A DNA stretch of 63,305 bases, the filler included. It is 6 parts of 6 records of this genome, joined end to end, with 100 filler letters (N's around TTAATTAATTAA, not from the genome) between each part and the next. Parts side by side here need not be neighbours in the genome. Positions count along the whole stretch, not along the records: positions 23,272 to 42,715 come from SRR31147125_4516; 5 more parts are not named here. One strand, written 5' to 3'. The position numbers were made by a program, and so were the translations under genes. Below are positions 29,213 through 40,600 of this stretch, piece by piece. The notes below the pieces were generated by a model. The model saw only the letters and a program-made list of their open reading frames with translations, had not been told where the DNA came from and did not search any database. How positions within the stretch are numbered: the first letter of the stretch is position 1; every line of letters begins with the position of its first letter.

Positions 29213-31024
29213 AGATGATCAAGATATCCAAGCCAAAGTTAATTTAAAGACATGGAAAAAAATCATACAAATTATATTCAAATCTAAAAAAAGACTTTAT
29301 TTAATGATGGTGTTCTCATCGATGTTAGCATTATTAGATATATCCATTCCACTATTTAATCGTTATGCGATTGATCATTTTTTCACAGAAGGTGATTATA
29401 CACATTGGCCAGTTTTTGTTTTCTTATACATTTTATTAGCAATTGGTTTTGGGCTATCTATTTGGGGATTTATTCGTCAAGCAGGTGTGATCGAAGCTGA
29501 AACGAGTTATGAACTTAGAAAGCAAGCATTTGAAAAAATTCAAAAACTATCATATAGTTATTTTGATAAAACACCACATGGATGGATTATGGCAAGAATG
29601 ACATCAGATGCAAGAAAACTATCACAAATTATTTCATGGGGATTAGTCGACATTGTGTGGGCTTCTCTTTCTATGATTTTCATCTTAGTTGTTTTATACA
29701 TCACATATATTAAACTTGCGATTGTTATTACAATCTTTTTACCAGTGATGTTAACGATTGCAATTATTTTTCAAAAAGTTATTTTAAATAAATATCGCGA
29801 AGCTAAAAAACACAATTCGCAGTTAACAGCACAATACAATGAAGGCTTTCAAGGGGCGAAAACTACAAAATCGTTAACAATTGAAGAAGAAAATTTCTTT
29901 GAATTTAAAGATACAGCACGTCAATTAAGACGTGCAAGTGTCAAAGCACAAATTACAACAGGTATTTTTACATCAGTTATCTTAATTATTGCATATGTTG
30001 CTGTTGGTCTTACGATGTATCAAGGGAGTATTTATGTGTTAGAAGTTGCGATATCACTAGGTACACTACAATTATTTATTGCATACACGATTAATTTCTT
30101 TGAACCAATTATGGCAATTTCTCAAATATTATCTGATTTTCAAAATGCACAAGCATCAGCAGAACGGATAGTGGGTTTAATTGAAACTGAACCTAAAATA
30201 GTAGATAGACCTGATGTGATTGAGAAATATGGAACATTATTTCATCCTAAGTATAAAAATTGGGAACCTTTGCACGGTGAAGTTGAGTTTAAAAATGTTA
30301 AATTTTATTATAATGAAAATGAAACAATTTTCGATCAATTTAATATCCACGCAAAGGCTGGACAATCGATTGCTTTAGTAGGTCATACAGGTTCTGGAAA
30401 AACATCATTTGTTAATTTACTATCAAGATTTTATGAACCTGTTGAAGGAGAAATTTTAATTGACGGTATTGACTATCGTAACCGAAGTATGCACTGGTTG
30501 CACAAAAGACTTGGTTATGTTCTACAATCTCCACAGTTGTTTCAACAACCATTTTAGAAAATATTAGATATGGTAAATTGGACGCAACCGATCAAGAAGT
30601 TATTGAAGCAGCAAAAGTTGCTGGTATTGATCAATTTGTCAACAAATTTGAAAAGGGATACCTAACGAATGTTGGTGAAGGGGGTAATCTTTTATCCGTT
30701 GGCCAAAAACAATTGATCTCATTTGCACGTGCTATTTTAGCGGATCCTAGAATTTTAATTTTAGATGAAGCGACCTCATCCATTGATTCCGAAACCGAAG
30801 AAGTTTTACAATATGCAACAAAGAAACTCTTAGAAAATAGAACAAGTTTTATTGTTGCTCATAGACTTTCAACGATTGTGAATGCGGATGTTATTGTGAT
30901 GCTTGAAATGGGTAAAATTATCGAAATGGGATCACATGATGCATTAATTGAGCGACGCGGGAAATATTTTAATTTATACAAGAATCAGTTTTTTAAAGAA
31001 AAAGAAGAAAAACTAGATATTTAG
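29202..31024 (+). CDS. ABC exporter permease/ATPase, heterodimer subunit 2 (apparent frameshift ~30540)
   Basis: GHTGSGKT; one T restores PQLFSTTILENIRYG and joins LSVGQKQL/ILDEATS. Confidence 0.9.
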
Positions 31025-31076
31025 ACAAGAAAAAAGACACGCATGCATCTACTATTGTATAAAGGTAGGTGATAAT

Positions 31077-33134
31077 GTGTCTTTTTTATTATCGATGATT
31101 ACCATGATGTCCATGGTCGAAGTCAAATGGTTAAACACAGATGTGGATGTTGTTTTAAATGATGAAATTAGTGCATATGTGGATATACCAGAAGCAAGAT
31201 TATATATAGACGGAACCTATGTGAACACAGAGGCCAATTATGTCTATAATGGCGTTAATAGGACCTTTATCAGTGTGATTAACACAAGTTATGTAAAAAC
31301 TTATCAACTTGATTATGAGGTGTATTTTCCCTTATATGATATCAAAGACACCAAAAGTATATACTTTCATGTTAAAGATGATGTCGCGCCACAGTTTATG
31401 TATATACCGACTTATGAAATTGAAGTTGGTGATAAAATACCTGATTTATCTTTAAATGTAACTTATAAGGATAATTATGATGAAAATGAAAATCTTATTT
31501 TAAGTATAGATCAAAGTTATGTAAATGTTGATCAAGTAGGGACATATCCGATTTATTATCATTTATATGATAGTAGCCATAATCATGTAGAGTCTTTAAG
31601 TTATATCACAGTCGTTGATCGTATAGCACCTTCAGTAAGTTTAAAAAAGACATTAGAACTTGATGTGGGTACTCATCGTATAGATCCATATACATATTTT
31701 AAAATAAATGATAATGTAGATGAACAGTTGTTTATATCGATTGATGATGAAATGGTAAATTATGATCAAGTAGGTATCTATGATTTTACTGTGCAAGTTA
31801 TCGATCAGTCTGGCAATGAAACAGTGGGGAATTATCAAATAGAAATCACTGATAAAATTGAACCAACACTTCAGGTATCTCAACATGCAACCATAGAAGT
31901 AGATGATGATGAGGCATTAAATCATCTTGATGACTATATTATATCTATATATGATAACTATGATACGTTAAGTCATTTAGATGTGATGATTTCACATGAT
32001 ATTGACATCGAAGTGATTGGGACCTATCACATTGATGTAAAGGTATCTGATCAATCAAATAATATAGCAGAAGCTAGGATATCTATTGAAGTTGTTGATC
32101 AGGTCATACCAAGTATTGAATTGAAAAAACCACTCATTGTGGAAGTCTACGGTTTTGAACCTTTTTTATTGACTTACTTTCAAATAGAAGATAATTATGA
32201 TCGTTTTGATCAATTAGAGATTGATATAGATGCAAAAATTGATATGGAACACATCGGAAGCTATCAAGTGATTGTAACAGTTGAAGACAGTTCTAAAAAT
32301 ATAGCTTATTATTATGGATATATGTTAGTCGTTGATATGGAACCGCCAACGATTGAGGTATTAAATGATATTTTAATCACAAACTTTGCACCCATAGATT
32401 ATACATCTTATGTGGCATTTTATGATAATTATGATGAAGAAATTACACATTTCGTATTTGATGATCAATTCATCACGTATGACAAAGTGGGTCACTATGA
32501 ACTGATGGTTTACGCATATGATACATCTGGAAATGAACAAAAATCATCTATTGATGTTGCAGTCATAGATATCATTGAACCTACTTTAACATTATCAACG
32601 TATCAAATTTATATGTCATTAGATGACGATATTGATGATCTAGCAAACTACATCGAAGAAGCATATGATAATTATGATGCATTAAGTCAACAGGATGTAT
32701 ATATCACTGGACAAATTGACAATCACAATATTGGTCTTTATGAAATTGAATACCATCTACTTGATCAATCACAAAATCATAAAATAGCAACGCTTAGCGT
32801 TCGTGTTGATGATGATCAACAACCAGTGGTTAATATGTCAGACATTGTGATTCAACCATATGATGAGATAAACTATGAAGCAGGCATTACCATTATGGAT
32901 GATTTGCCATGTGAGGTATATGTTGACAAAAACTATATTGATACATCAAAAGTAGGTATTCAATATGTGACATATGTCATTACTGATGCTAGAGGAAATT
33001 ATACATCATATATTCGAAAAGTAATCATTGAAGAAGCTCAATTAACACTTGATATTTATCAATTCATACCATTGATTATCATCGAATTGATTGGTATGAC
33101 AGCCTTGATGATTATCTATAAAAAATATCGTTAA
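31077..33134 (+). CDS. Surface protein with tandem DUF5011/HYR-like Ig domains
   Basis: Seven D..(A/E)P linkers with DNYD and G.Y.I.Y...D.S.N motifs at ~80-aa period; C-terminal TM followed by KKYR. Confidence 0.85.
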   Translation: MSFLLSMITMMSMVEVKWLNTDVDVVLNDEISAYVDIPEARLYIDGTYVNTEANYVYNGVNRTFISVINTSYVKTYQLDYEVYFPLYDIKDTKSIYFHVKDDVAPQFMYIPTYEIEVGDKIPDLSLNVTYKDNYDENENLILSIDQSYVNVDQVGTYPIYYHLYDSSHNHVESLSYITVVDRIAPSVSLKKTLELDVGTHRIDPYTYFKINDNVDEQLFISIDDEMVNYDQVGIYDFTVQVIDQSGNETVGNYQIEITDKIEPTLQVSQHATIEVDDDEALNHLDDYIISIYDNYDTLSHLDVMISHDIDIEVIGTYHIDVKVSDQSNNIAEARISIEVVDQVIPSIELKKPLIVEVYGFEPFLLTYFQIEDNYDRFDQLEIDIDAKIDMEHIGSYQVIVTVEDSSKNIAYYYGYMLVVDMEPPTIEVLNDILITNFAPIDYTSYVAFYDNYDEEITHFVFDDQFITYDKVGHYELMVYAYDTSGNEQKSSIDVAVIDIIEPTLTLSTYQIYMSLDDDIDDLANYIEEAYDNYDALSQQDVYITGQIDNHNIGLYEIEYHLLDQSQNHKIATLSVRVDDDQQPVVNMSDIVIQPYDEINYEAGITIMDDLPCEVYVDKNYIDTSKVGIQYVTYVITDARGNYTSYIRKVIIEEAQLTLDIYQFIPLIIIELIGMTALMIIYKKYR

Positions 33135-33150
33135 TCTCAAGTGTTTTTCT

Positions 33151-33179
33151 TTGACATCATATACATAATAAACTATAAT
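33151..33179 (+). promoter_or_regulatory. Perfect consensus sigma70 promoter of flavodoxin
   Basis: TTGACA-17 nt-TATAAT. Confidence 0.9.
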
Positions 33180-33217
33180 AAATGCGAATATATAACAATA
33201 TAAAAGGAGATGTCAAA

Positions 33218-33649
33218 ATGGCAAACGTATTAGTTGTTTATTGGACTGGCACAGGAAATACTGAAATCATGGCAGAAAAAATTAAAGAAGGCTTAGAAAA
33301 TGCTGGTGAAACAGTAGATTTCAGAACTGTTGATGCTGTTGATCCAAGTGAAGTAGAAGATTTTGATAAAATTGCATTTGGTTGTCCTTCAATGGGCGTT
33401 GAAACATTAGAAGAAGATGAGTTTGAACCTTTCTTTGAAGAAGCAGAAGGTATGCTAGCAGGTAAGAAAATCGCTTTATTCGGTTCTTATGGCTGGGGTG
33501 AAGGTGAATGGATGGATGCATGGGAAAATCGTGCAAGAGATGCTGAAGCTGAACTGTTTAATGATGCAGGCTTAAAACTTAATTCAACACCAAGTAGTGA
33601 AGAAGAAGATGAATGTGTTGCTTATGGTGAAGCATTCGCTAAATTTTAA
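33218..33649 (+). CDS. Short-chain flavodoxin
   Basis: YWTGTGNTEIMA, GCPSMG, FGSYGWG; ATG 33218 after AAGGAGA. Confidence 0.95.
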   Translation: MANVLVVYWTGTGNTEIMAEKIKEGLENAGETVDFRTVDAVDPSEVEDFDKIAFGCPSMGVETLEEDEFEPFFEEAEGMLAGKKIALFGSYGWGEGEWMDAWENRARDAEAELFNDAGLKLNSTPSSEEEDECVAYGEAFAKF

Positions 33650-33654
33650 TGAAT

Positions 33655-33683
33655 AAAAAATGCTGATTTCAGCATTTTTTTTT
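33655..33683 (+). terminator. Intrinsic terminator
   Basis: AAAAAATGCTGA-tt-TCAGCATTTTTTTTT. Confidence 0.8.
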
Positions 33684-33729
33684 AGCGTTTAACACATATA
33701 TTGATATAATAAATATAGTAGGTGATACC

Positions 33730-36696
33730 ATGTTTGGTGTTTTATATATTCAAAGTGCATATAGTATGTTAAATAACACAATGCCACTTGAAAAACTTAT
33801 GATAGCAGTTAAGAAAAATGGATATGATTTTCTCGCATTATCTGATCATCAATTACATGGTGCATATCAGTTGTTTAAGGATGCCAAAAAACAAGGATTA
33901 AAACCTGTTATAGGCTTAAAAGTCAAAGTCTACGAAGATTTATATGAGACTTCTTTTCTTGTGTATGCTAAAAATCAACAAGGCTATGAAAACTTACTAC
34001 GCCTTGCGTATTTAAAATCTGTTGAAAAAATTTCTATACAACATCTTAAAAAATTAGAAAAAGGACTTATCTTTGTTTCATCGGGACAAGATAATTCTAT
34101 TGACATCAATATTTCAAAAGACGACTTACAACAAGCTTATGAAGATGCACTTATGTACGATCGTATGTTTGAACATTTTTATCTAGGTCTTTGTCTTGAT
34201 ACATTAGAGCAAGAAATTAAAATTGCGCCACAAATACTAGAAATATCTGAAAAAGCAAACATTGATTTATTACCGATACATCAAACTTCTTATTTTGATG
34301 TATCTGAGAAGAAAGCATATGAAGCTTTATGTCATATTGAAAATCAATCACATAAAGTCTTAGAAGATGCTGATTATAGATTGTTATCAAAAGATGAATT
34401 GCTTGATAAATTTTCCGGATATCCCTATGTATTTGATACATTATCAACGTTAATTAAGTCTATTGACTTTGTCTTAAAATTTCCAACTTATGAGATGCCT
34501 TACTATGATACTAAAGGCGCACAACCACATACATATTTAAAAGCATTAGCTATTAAGGGATTACAAAAACGTCTAAGTGATAAAAAAGTTGATACTAGCA
34601 TCTATAAAAATAGATTATTATATGAACTAGATGTGATTCATCGTATGGGCTATGATCAATATTTTTTAATAGTTTTTGATTTTGTCAGATATGCGAAAAA
34701 ACATGATATTTTAGTAGGACCAGGTAGAGGATCAGCTGCTGGATCACTTGTTTCATATTGTCTTGGTATTACAGATATAGATCCTATCACATATGATTTA
34801 TTATTTGAAAGATTCTTAAATCCTGAACGTATCACGATGCCAGATATTGATATGGATTTTCCAGATAATCGAAGAGATGAAGTATTAAAATATGTACAAG
34901 AAAAATATGGTAAAAATCATGTTATTTCAATTATCACTTTTGGTACGTTTGCAGTTAAATCATCACTCAGAGATTTAGCGCGTGTCATGCAAATAGATAT
35001 GCAAAGATTAAATGGTATATCAAAACGTATTGAACAAGATCAATTAGACGAAAGTGATGATGAATTAATGCAGCTGCGCACTGTGTCCAATCAAATAAAA
35101 GGTCTACCCAGACATACAGGAACACATGCAGCCGGTGTGATTCTAGCTAAACAAAACCTGACACAATCGCTGCCACTTATACAAGGGAGTAATGGATTTT
35201 ATCAATCACAATTTGAAGCGTCAAAACTAGAAAAATTAGGGTTGTTAAAAATAGATTTTTTAGGGATTAGAAATTTAACAATTATTCATGAAGTCATCGA
35301 AATTATCAACAAAGATCAACCACAATTTGATATTCACCGCATTCCTCTTGATGATCAAAAGGTTTATCAGCTTTTATCTGATGCAGACACTTTTGGTGTT
35401 TTCCAATTAGAATCAGTTGGTATGAGACGTGTACTTAGAAAATACCAACCACAAGTTTTTGAAGATATCATTGCACTACTCGCATTGTTTAGACCAGGAC
35501 CAATGGATCTTATTGATACATTTATTGCTAGAAAAAATGGTGAAAAATTTTCATATATTCACCCTCAATTAGAACCCATTTTAAAATCAACATATGGGAT
35601 TATTGTTTATCAAGAACAAATTATGAAAATTGCAAATGAATTTGCTGGATATACGCTTGCTGAAGCTGATATATTAAGAAGAGGGATATCTAAAAAAAAT
35701 GCAGATATACTAAATAAAGAACGAAAAAGATTTATTACAAAATGCTTAGAAAAAAACTATGCCAAAGAAGTAGCAACAACAATCTATGATTTAATCGTTA
35801 AATTTGCTGATTATGGATTTAATCGATCACATTCGGTTTCTTATGCGCTTGTTGCATATCAAATGGCTTATTTAAAAGTTAATTACTATCAAGCATTTAT
35901 GACAGTTTTATTAACCCATGCAATTGGTAATGATAAAATGACATATGCTTATATTAATGATCTTAGAAAACATAATATTTTGGTTTATCCGCCAGATATC
36001 AGTAAAAGCCATGATAAATATCAACTCATTGATGGACACATTTTAATGCCTTTTAGTAAAATTAAAAGTTTCGGTCGTACTCAAGTTGATAAATTACTAG
36101 AAATTAGAGAAACACCATTTAAAGATTTTCAAGATTTCAAACAAAGAGTTAAATCAGTGCTTAATCAAAAGAACATTGAAATGTTAATCTATGCGAATGC
36201 TTTATCTTCATTTGATATGAATCAGCGAACTTTATATGAACACAGCGCTTTTGAAGTTGCAGGATATAATAAATATATTGAAGATTTTCAATTGAGAATA
36301 TATGAAGAGGATCCATTTCATGTGCTTGCTGAACATGAAAAAGAAGCATTAGGATTTAATCTTTTATATCATCCGCTTATTGCGTATCAAGATATCAAAA
36401 AACAATTAAAACTGAGTGAATTAAAAGATATAGCATCTCAATCTGTGATTCGCGCATTAGCGTTTGTCACAAAAACAAAAGAAATCACAACAAAAACAAA
36501 TAAAAAAATGGCATTTATCACATTAGATGATGGAACAACTTCCATAGAAGCAACTATGTTTACTGGACCCTATGAAAAGTATGCACATTTACTAGGACAA
36601 TCCGTTCATATTTTTGAGTTAAAACAAAATACATTTAAAGGTAAAGTATCATACATAATTAATCATATAGAAACCATAAAGGACGAACATGCATAA
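33730..36696 (+). CDS. dnaE: DNA polymerase III alpha subunit
   Basis: GPGRGSAAGS, FERFLNPER, PDIDMDF, HAAGV, KIDFLG, YQEQIM, GFNRSHS; C-terminal OB fold. Confidence 0.97.
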   Translation: MFGVLYIQSAYSMLNNTMPLEKLMIAVKKNGYDFLALSDHQLHGAYQLFKDAKKQGLKPVIGLKVKVYEDLYETSFLVYAKNQQGYENLLRLAYLKSVEKISIQHLKKLEKGLIFVSSGQDNSIDINISKDDLQQAYEDALMYDRMFEHFYLGLCLDTLEQEIKIAPQILEISEKANIDLLPIHQTSYFDVSEKKAYEALCHIENQSHKVLEDADYRLLSKDELLDKFSGYPYVFDTLSTLIKSIDFVLKFPTYEMPYYDTKGAQPHTYLKALAIKGLQKRLSDKKVDTSIYKNRLLYELDVIHRMGYDQYFLIVFDFVRYAKKHDILVGPGRGSAAGSLVSYCLGITDIDPITYDLLFERFLNPERITMPDIDMDFPDNRRDEVLKYVQEKYGKNHVISIITFGTFAVKSSLRDLARVMQIDMQRLNGISKRIEQDQLDESDDELMQLRTVSNQIKGLPRHTGTHAAGVILAKQNLTQSLPLIQGSNGFYQSQFEASKLEKLGLLKIDFLGIRNLTIIHEVIEIINKDQPQFDIHRIPLDDQKVYQLLSDADTFGVFQLESVGMRRVLRKYQPQVFEDIIALLALFRPGPMDLIDTFIARKNGEKFSYIHPQLEPILKSTYGIIVYQEQIMKIANEFAGYTLAEADILRRGISKKNADILNKERKRFITKCLEKNYAKEVATTIYDLIVKFADYGFNRSHSVSYALVAYQMAYLKVNYYQAFMTVLLTHAIGNDKMTYAYINDLRKHNILVYPPDISKSHDKYQLIDGHILMPFSKIKSFGRTQVDKLLEIRETPFKDFQDFKQRVKSVLNQKNIEMLIYANALSSFDMNQRTLYEHSAFEVAGYNKYIEDFQLRIYEEDPFHVLAEHEKEALGFNLLYHPLIAYQDIKKQLKLSELKDIASQSVIRALAFVTKTKEITTKTNKKMAFITLDDGTTSIEATMFTGPYEKYAHLLGQSVHIFELKQNTFKGKVSYIINHIETIKDEHA

Positions 36697-37576
36697 AAAA
36701 CGAATCGAAAAGTTAATATGGATCGGTGTATTGATAAATCTTTTTCTAGCAGCAGCAAAGCTCATTGCAGGTTATATGGGAGATTCCATATCGCTACAAA
36801 CTGATGGATATAATTCGCTCATTGATTTTATCATGAGTATTGGTGTTTTATTCACCATAAAAATATCACTTAAACAACCCGATGATGATCATCCTTATGG
36901 TCATCAAAAATTTGAAGGTATTGCATACTTTGCACTTGGTATGATATTTTTATTTACGGCACTTACTATTGCTTTTGGTGTCGTTAAAGATATATATTTA
37001 TATCAATATCAACAACTCATACTTATCAAACCAATGATGATCACGCTTTATGTTTCACTTGGGGCTATGGCAATAAAGATATTTTTAGCCATTTTTTATG
37101 CATTGTTGTATAAAAAAACGAATCATCCTACACTAAAAGCAGAATATAAAAATCATCGTCTTGATGTATTGGCTACATTATGCGCAGTCATCGGTATTAT
37201 ATTATCAAGATATGGATACATACTCTTTGATTATGCATCAGCGTTAGTCATTGCACTCATCATGGTTAAACTCGCAGTATCAACAATCAAAGAAGCTATA
37301 TCATTTATTGTTGACCAAGCACCAGAGCAAAAGATGATAGATGATATCTATGCATTTATCTTGACCCTAGAAGGTGTTAAAGCGATTGATGAATTAAAGA
37401 TTAGAAAGCATGTTACACAATTATATATTGATGTTGAAATTGCTGTTAACCGCAATTATTCATTAGAAAAAGCACATGATATTGCAGAAAATGTACATAT
37501 GAGTATTGAACATAAATATCTAGAAGTTATTCATTGTATGGTACATGTTAATCCATTAGATATAAATCATAAATGA
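36689..37576 (+). CDS. Cation diffusion facilitator transporter
   Basis: PDDDHPYGHQKFE, H.R.D, AHDIAE.V, VHVNP. Confidence 0.93.
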   Translation: MHKKRIEKLIWIGVLINLFLAAAKLIAGYMGDSISLQTDGYNSLIDFIMSIGVLFTIKISLKQPDDDHPYGHQKFEGIAYFALGMIFLFTALTIAFGVVKDIYLYQYQQLILIKPMMITLYVSLGAMAIKIFLAIFYALLYKKTNHPTLKAEYKNHRLDVLATLCAVIGIILSRYGYILFDYASALVIALIMVKLAVSTIKEAISFIVDQAPEQKMIDDIYAFILTLEGVKAIDELKIRKHVTQLYIDVEIAVNRNYSLEKAHDIAENVHMSIEHKYLEVIHCMVHVNPLDINHK

Positions 37577-37678
37577 ACTTATTGTAAAGACTTTCAACCA
37601 TAAACCGCTAATCGATTGTGTTTATACAATAAATTTGATAAAATTTAAGTAATAAAATAGGCGAAAGGCGGGTTCATT

Positions 37679-40600
37679 ATGCCATCTCTTCCAGCTTTGT
37701 ATATACTTCAGTGGGTAACAATAGGTGTATATGTAGGACTATATTTTTTAATAGGATTGTTAAGAGGTGCGCAAAAATCCCTCTACTTCACAATCGTCAA
37801 CATCATTACAACCATTGTTGTTATTGTATTAATTAGTAATCTATCCATTAGATTTGTTTTTAATTTTATAGAATTTGATGCATTGATCGACATGATTAAT
37901 GGTTATACAGGAAATGCTCTAACAGATTATCAACCATATCTTGAAGATCCAGCTATACAATCAACTATATTCATATTTATAGACTTAATCCTTAGAATAG
38001 TAGGGTTTTTTGTGCTATACCCTCTACTTAAAAGAATATTATCATTTTTCATTTTTAGACCGATATGGTCATTCGGCATAAAAAAAGCAATTATTCGTAA
38101 GCAAAATAAAGATTTAGAAGCTGAAGCAGAAGATAAAAATAAAACTTATAAACCTAGAAAACGTTTAAAGAAAGGGCCAATCAATCGCTTTTTAGGTGGT
38201 CTTTTTGGTGGGGTCAATGGATTAATCGTCGCCTTTATTATATTAATACCTATCACAGTCACTGCAAGTTATGTCTCAGATATAGACACAACGAACTTAA
38301 AAGCTATTGAACAATCAGAAAATCTTGCAGTCAGTCTACCTGGTGGTGTATCTAGTAGCGTATTAGATGAAATTATAAAATATTTAGAAGAAGTTCAAGA
38401 AATGGATGAAAAAGGGCTTGGTACCATTACAAGACAGGTCACAGTTGATGGCGTACCTTTTGATCAATACATATTTGATGAGGTGTTTACTGTTCAAACT
38501 GAAATAGATGATGAAGCAGTAGATGTTAATTTCATTCGAGAATTAGAAAATATATTTGGTATTTCTGCTGTTGTGGTTAACGGTGGTTATTTAGATGAGA
38601 ATTTTGATTATACGCAAATTGATAGCGATAATCTTGAAGATTTAGAATTGATTTTTGACTATATTGGAAACTCTGATGTCTTAGGATATCTCATTCCTTC
38701 AGCGGCACGCTATGGTATTGAAAATATTTTAGCAGACGAAATAGGCATAAACTTATATGAACGTACTGCTTCAAAAGAAGCAATTGATATGTTTATTAAT
38801 ATAGACTGGAATTCAGAAATGGATAGACTTTATGCACTTGTCGCATCCGTTTTAGAATTTGGTTCTGTTGAAGAAATTATGGGTTATGCAGAAGATCCAG
38901 CAACACTTGCTGATTTAACACCTGAAGAAGGTGTTGCACTCGCCAATATTTTAAGATCTGTAGGAGATCTTGAATTGCTTAGTTTAATCAATGTAGGTAT
39001 TGATTATTTAACAACATTAGAAGAAGCACAAAATCAAGTAGCATGGTTAGATACAGCACAAGAAAAAGAAGAATATTTACAAGAGCGACTCGATTTCATA
39101 CTAGATGATCCTGATTTCTTTATTGGAGAAGATGGAGAAATATCAGAAATTGCGAATTTAATAGAACTTATCTTTACTGATGAACATGGGGATACTAACT
39201 TAGATACCATTGTCGATAGCGGTGGGGATATTCAAGTTATTTTAGAACAACAAAATGAAGTATGGATATCAGAATTATTAGATCAATTAACAGAAATTGA
39301 GTTATTGATGGGTGCATTACCAATCGGTGTTGATTATGCACTATACACAGTTGGTGGAGATCAAGTTGATCAGCAAATTGCTGATGATCTTGAAATCGCA
39401 TTAGAAGATTTAGATTGGGATGCAGAATTTGAAAACTTCGATAATATTTATCAAAATGTTATAGCTTTAGGATTAGAACAAATTTTAGTTGATAATCCAA
39501 ACTATATCACATATATTGATACAGTAGTTGAAAATAATATGGATAATGTTAGAGATATTGTAAATCATATATTTACAGATTCACAACTTGTAAGTGAAGC
39601 ATTAGACATTGTTGCACCAATGATTATCGAAAACTATATCACTGATGAACAATTAAAAGAAATTGTCCAAAGTGTTGCATTAGATGACGAGGATGCATTT
39701 GATTTTAATATTGGTGGAGAAATCGTTACGATATTAAATATTGCTGAGTATGCATTTGAATTCACAAGTGCAGAAGAACTATCAAATTTATCGAACTTAA
39801 GTCAAGAACAATTACTAGAAATCGCGGCTTCATTTGGTGAAATGGATGATCAAACATATACACAATTTTTAGCAGCTTTTGATCAATTACAAATATTAAA
39901 TCGTATTGATGAAAATGTTGCGCAAAGTATTGTAGAAAACTTTGAATTAGAAGATACTGTATATATTCCAAGCGATTTTGCTTTAAATGATGATATCACT
40001 GCACTCATTGATATGGTACACGATATAGGTGTATTCTTTGCTGATGAATATGTAGCTGGTATGGACTATCAAGATATCGATATCACTGATTTATTAGATG
40101 TATTATCAACTGATTTATTAGATAGTAATGAAAGATCTGACTTGTTATTTTATAATATGGTATTTTATGCCAAAAAGTATGCAGAAGATGATGCATTATC
40201 TGCTTATTTAACTGTACCTTCAAACTTACTTGATGCAGACATTGAATCTGTAGCATGGGATACTGAAATCAATCAATTGCTTGGTGCAGTATTTGATTTA
40301 GCGAAAGTTATCGGACAAACAGATGGCATCACATTATCAGTCAATGATATATTACTATATAGCAACGAAGCATATCGTCTACCGATTGAGATCATTACAC
40401 AATTTAGTGATGAAACTGTTGCACAAGATGCATTTTCGGCGCTAGATAGTTCACAAATATTTAGAGCATCACTTACTGAAATTATTAACACTCAAGGACA
40501 AAGCTTAAGTGGTAGTTTATATGGTTACGAAATACAAACACCTGATCATCTTCAATCAAATGGTTTAATCAATGCCGGTATCCTTGTTGACTTGATCCAT

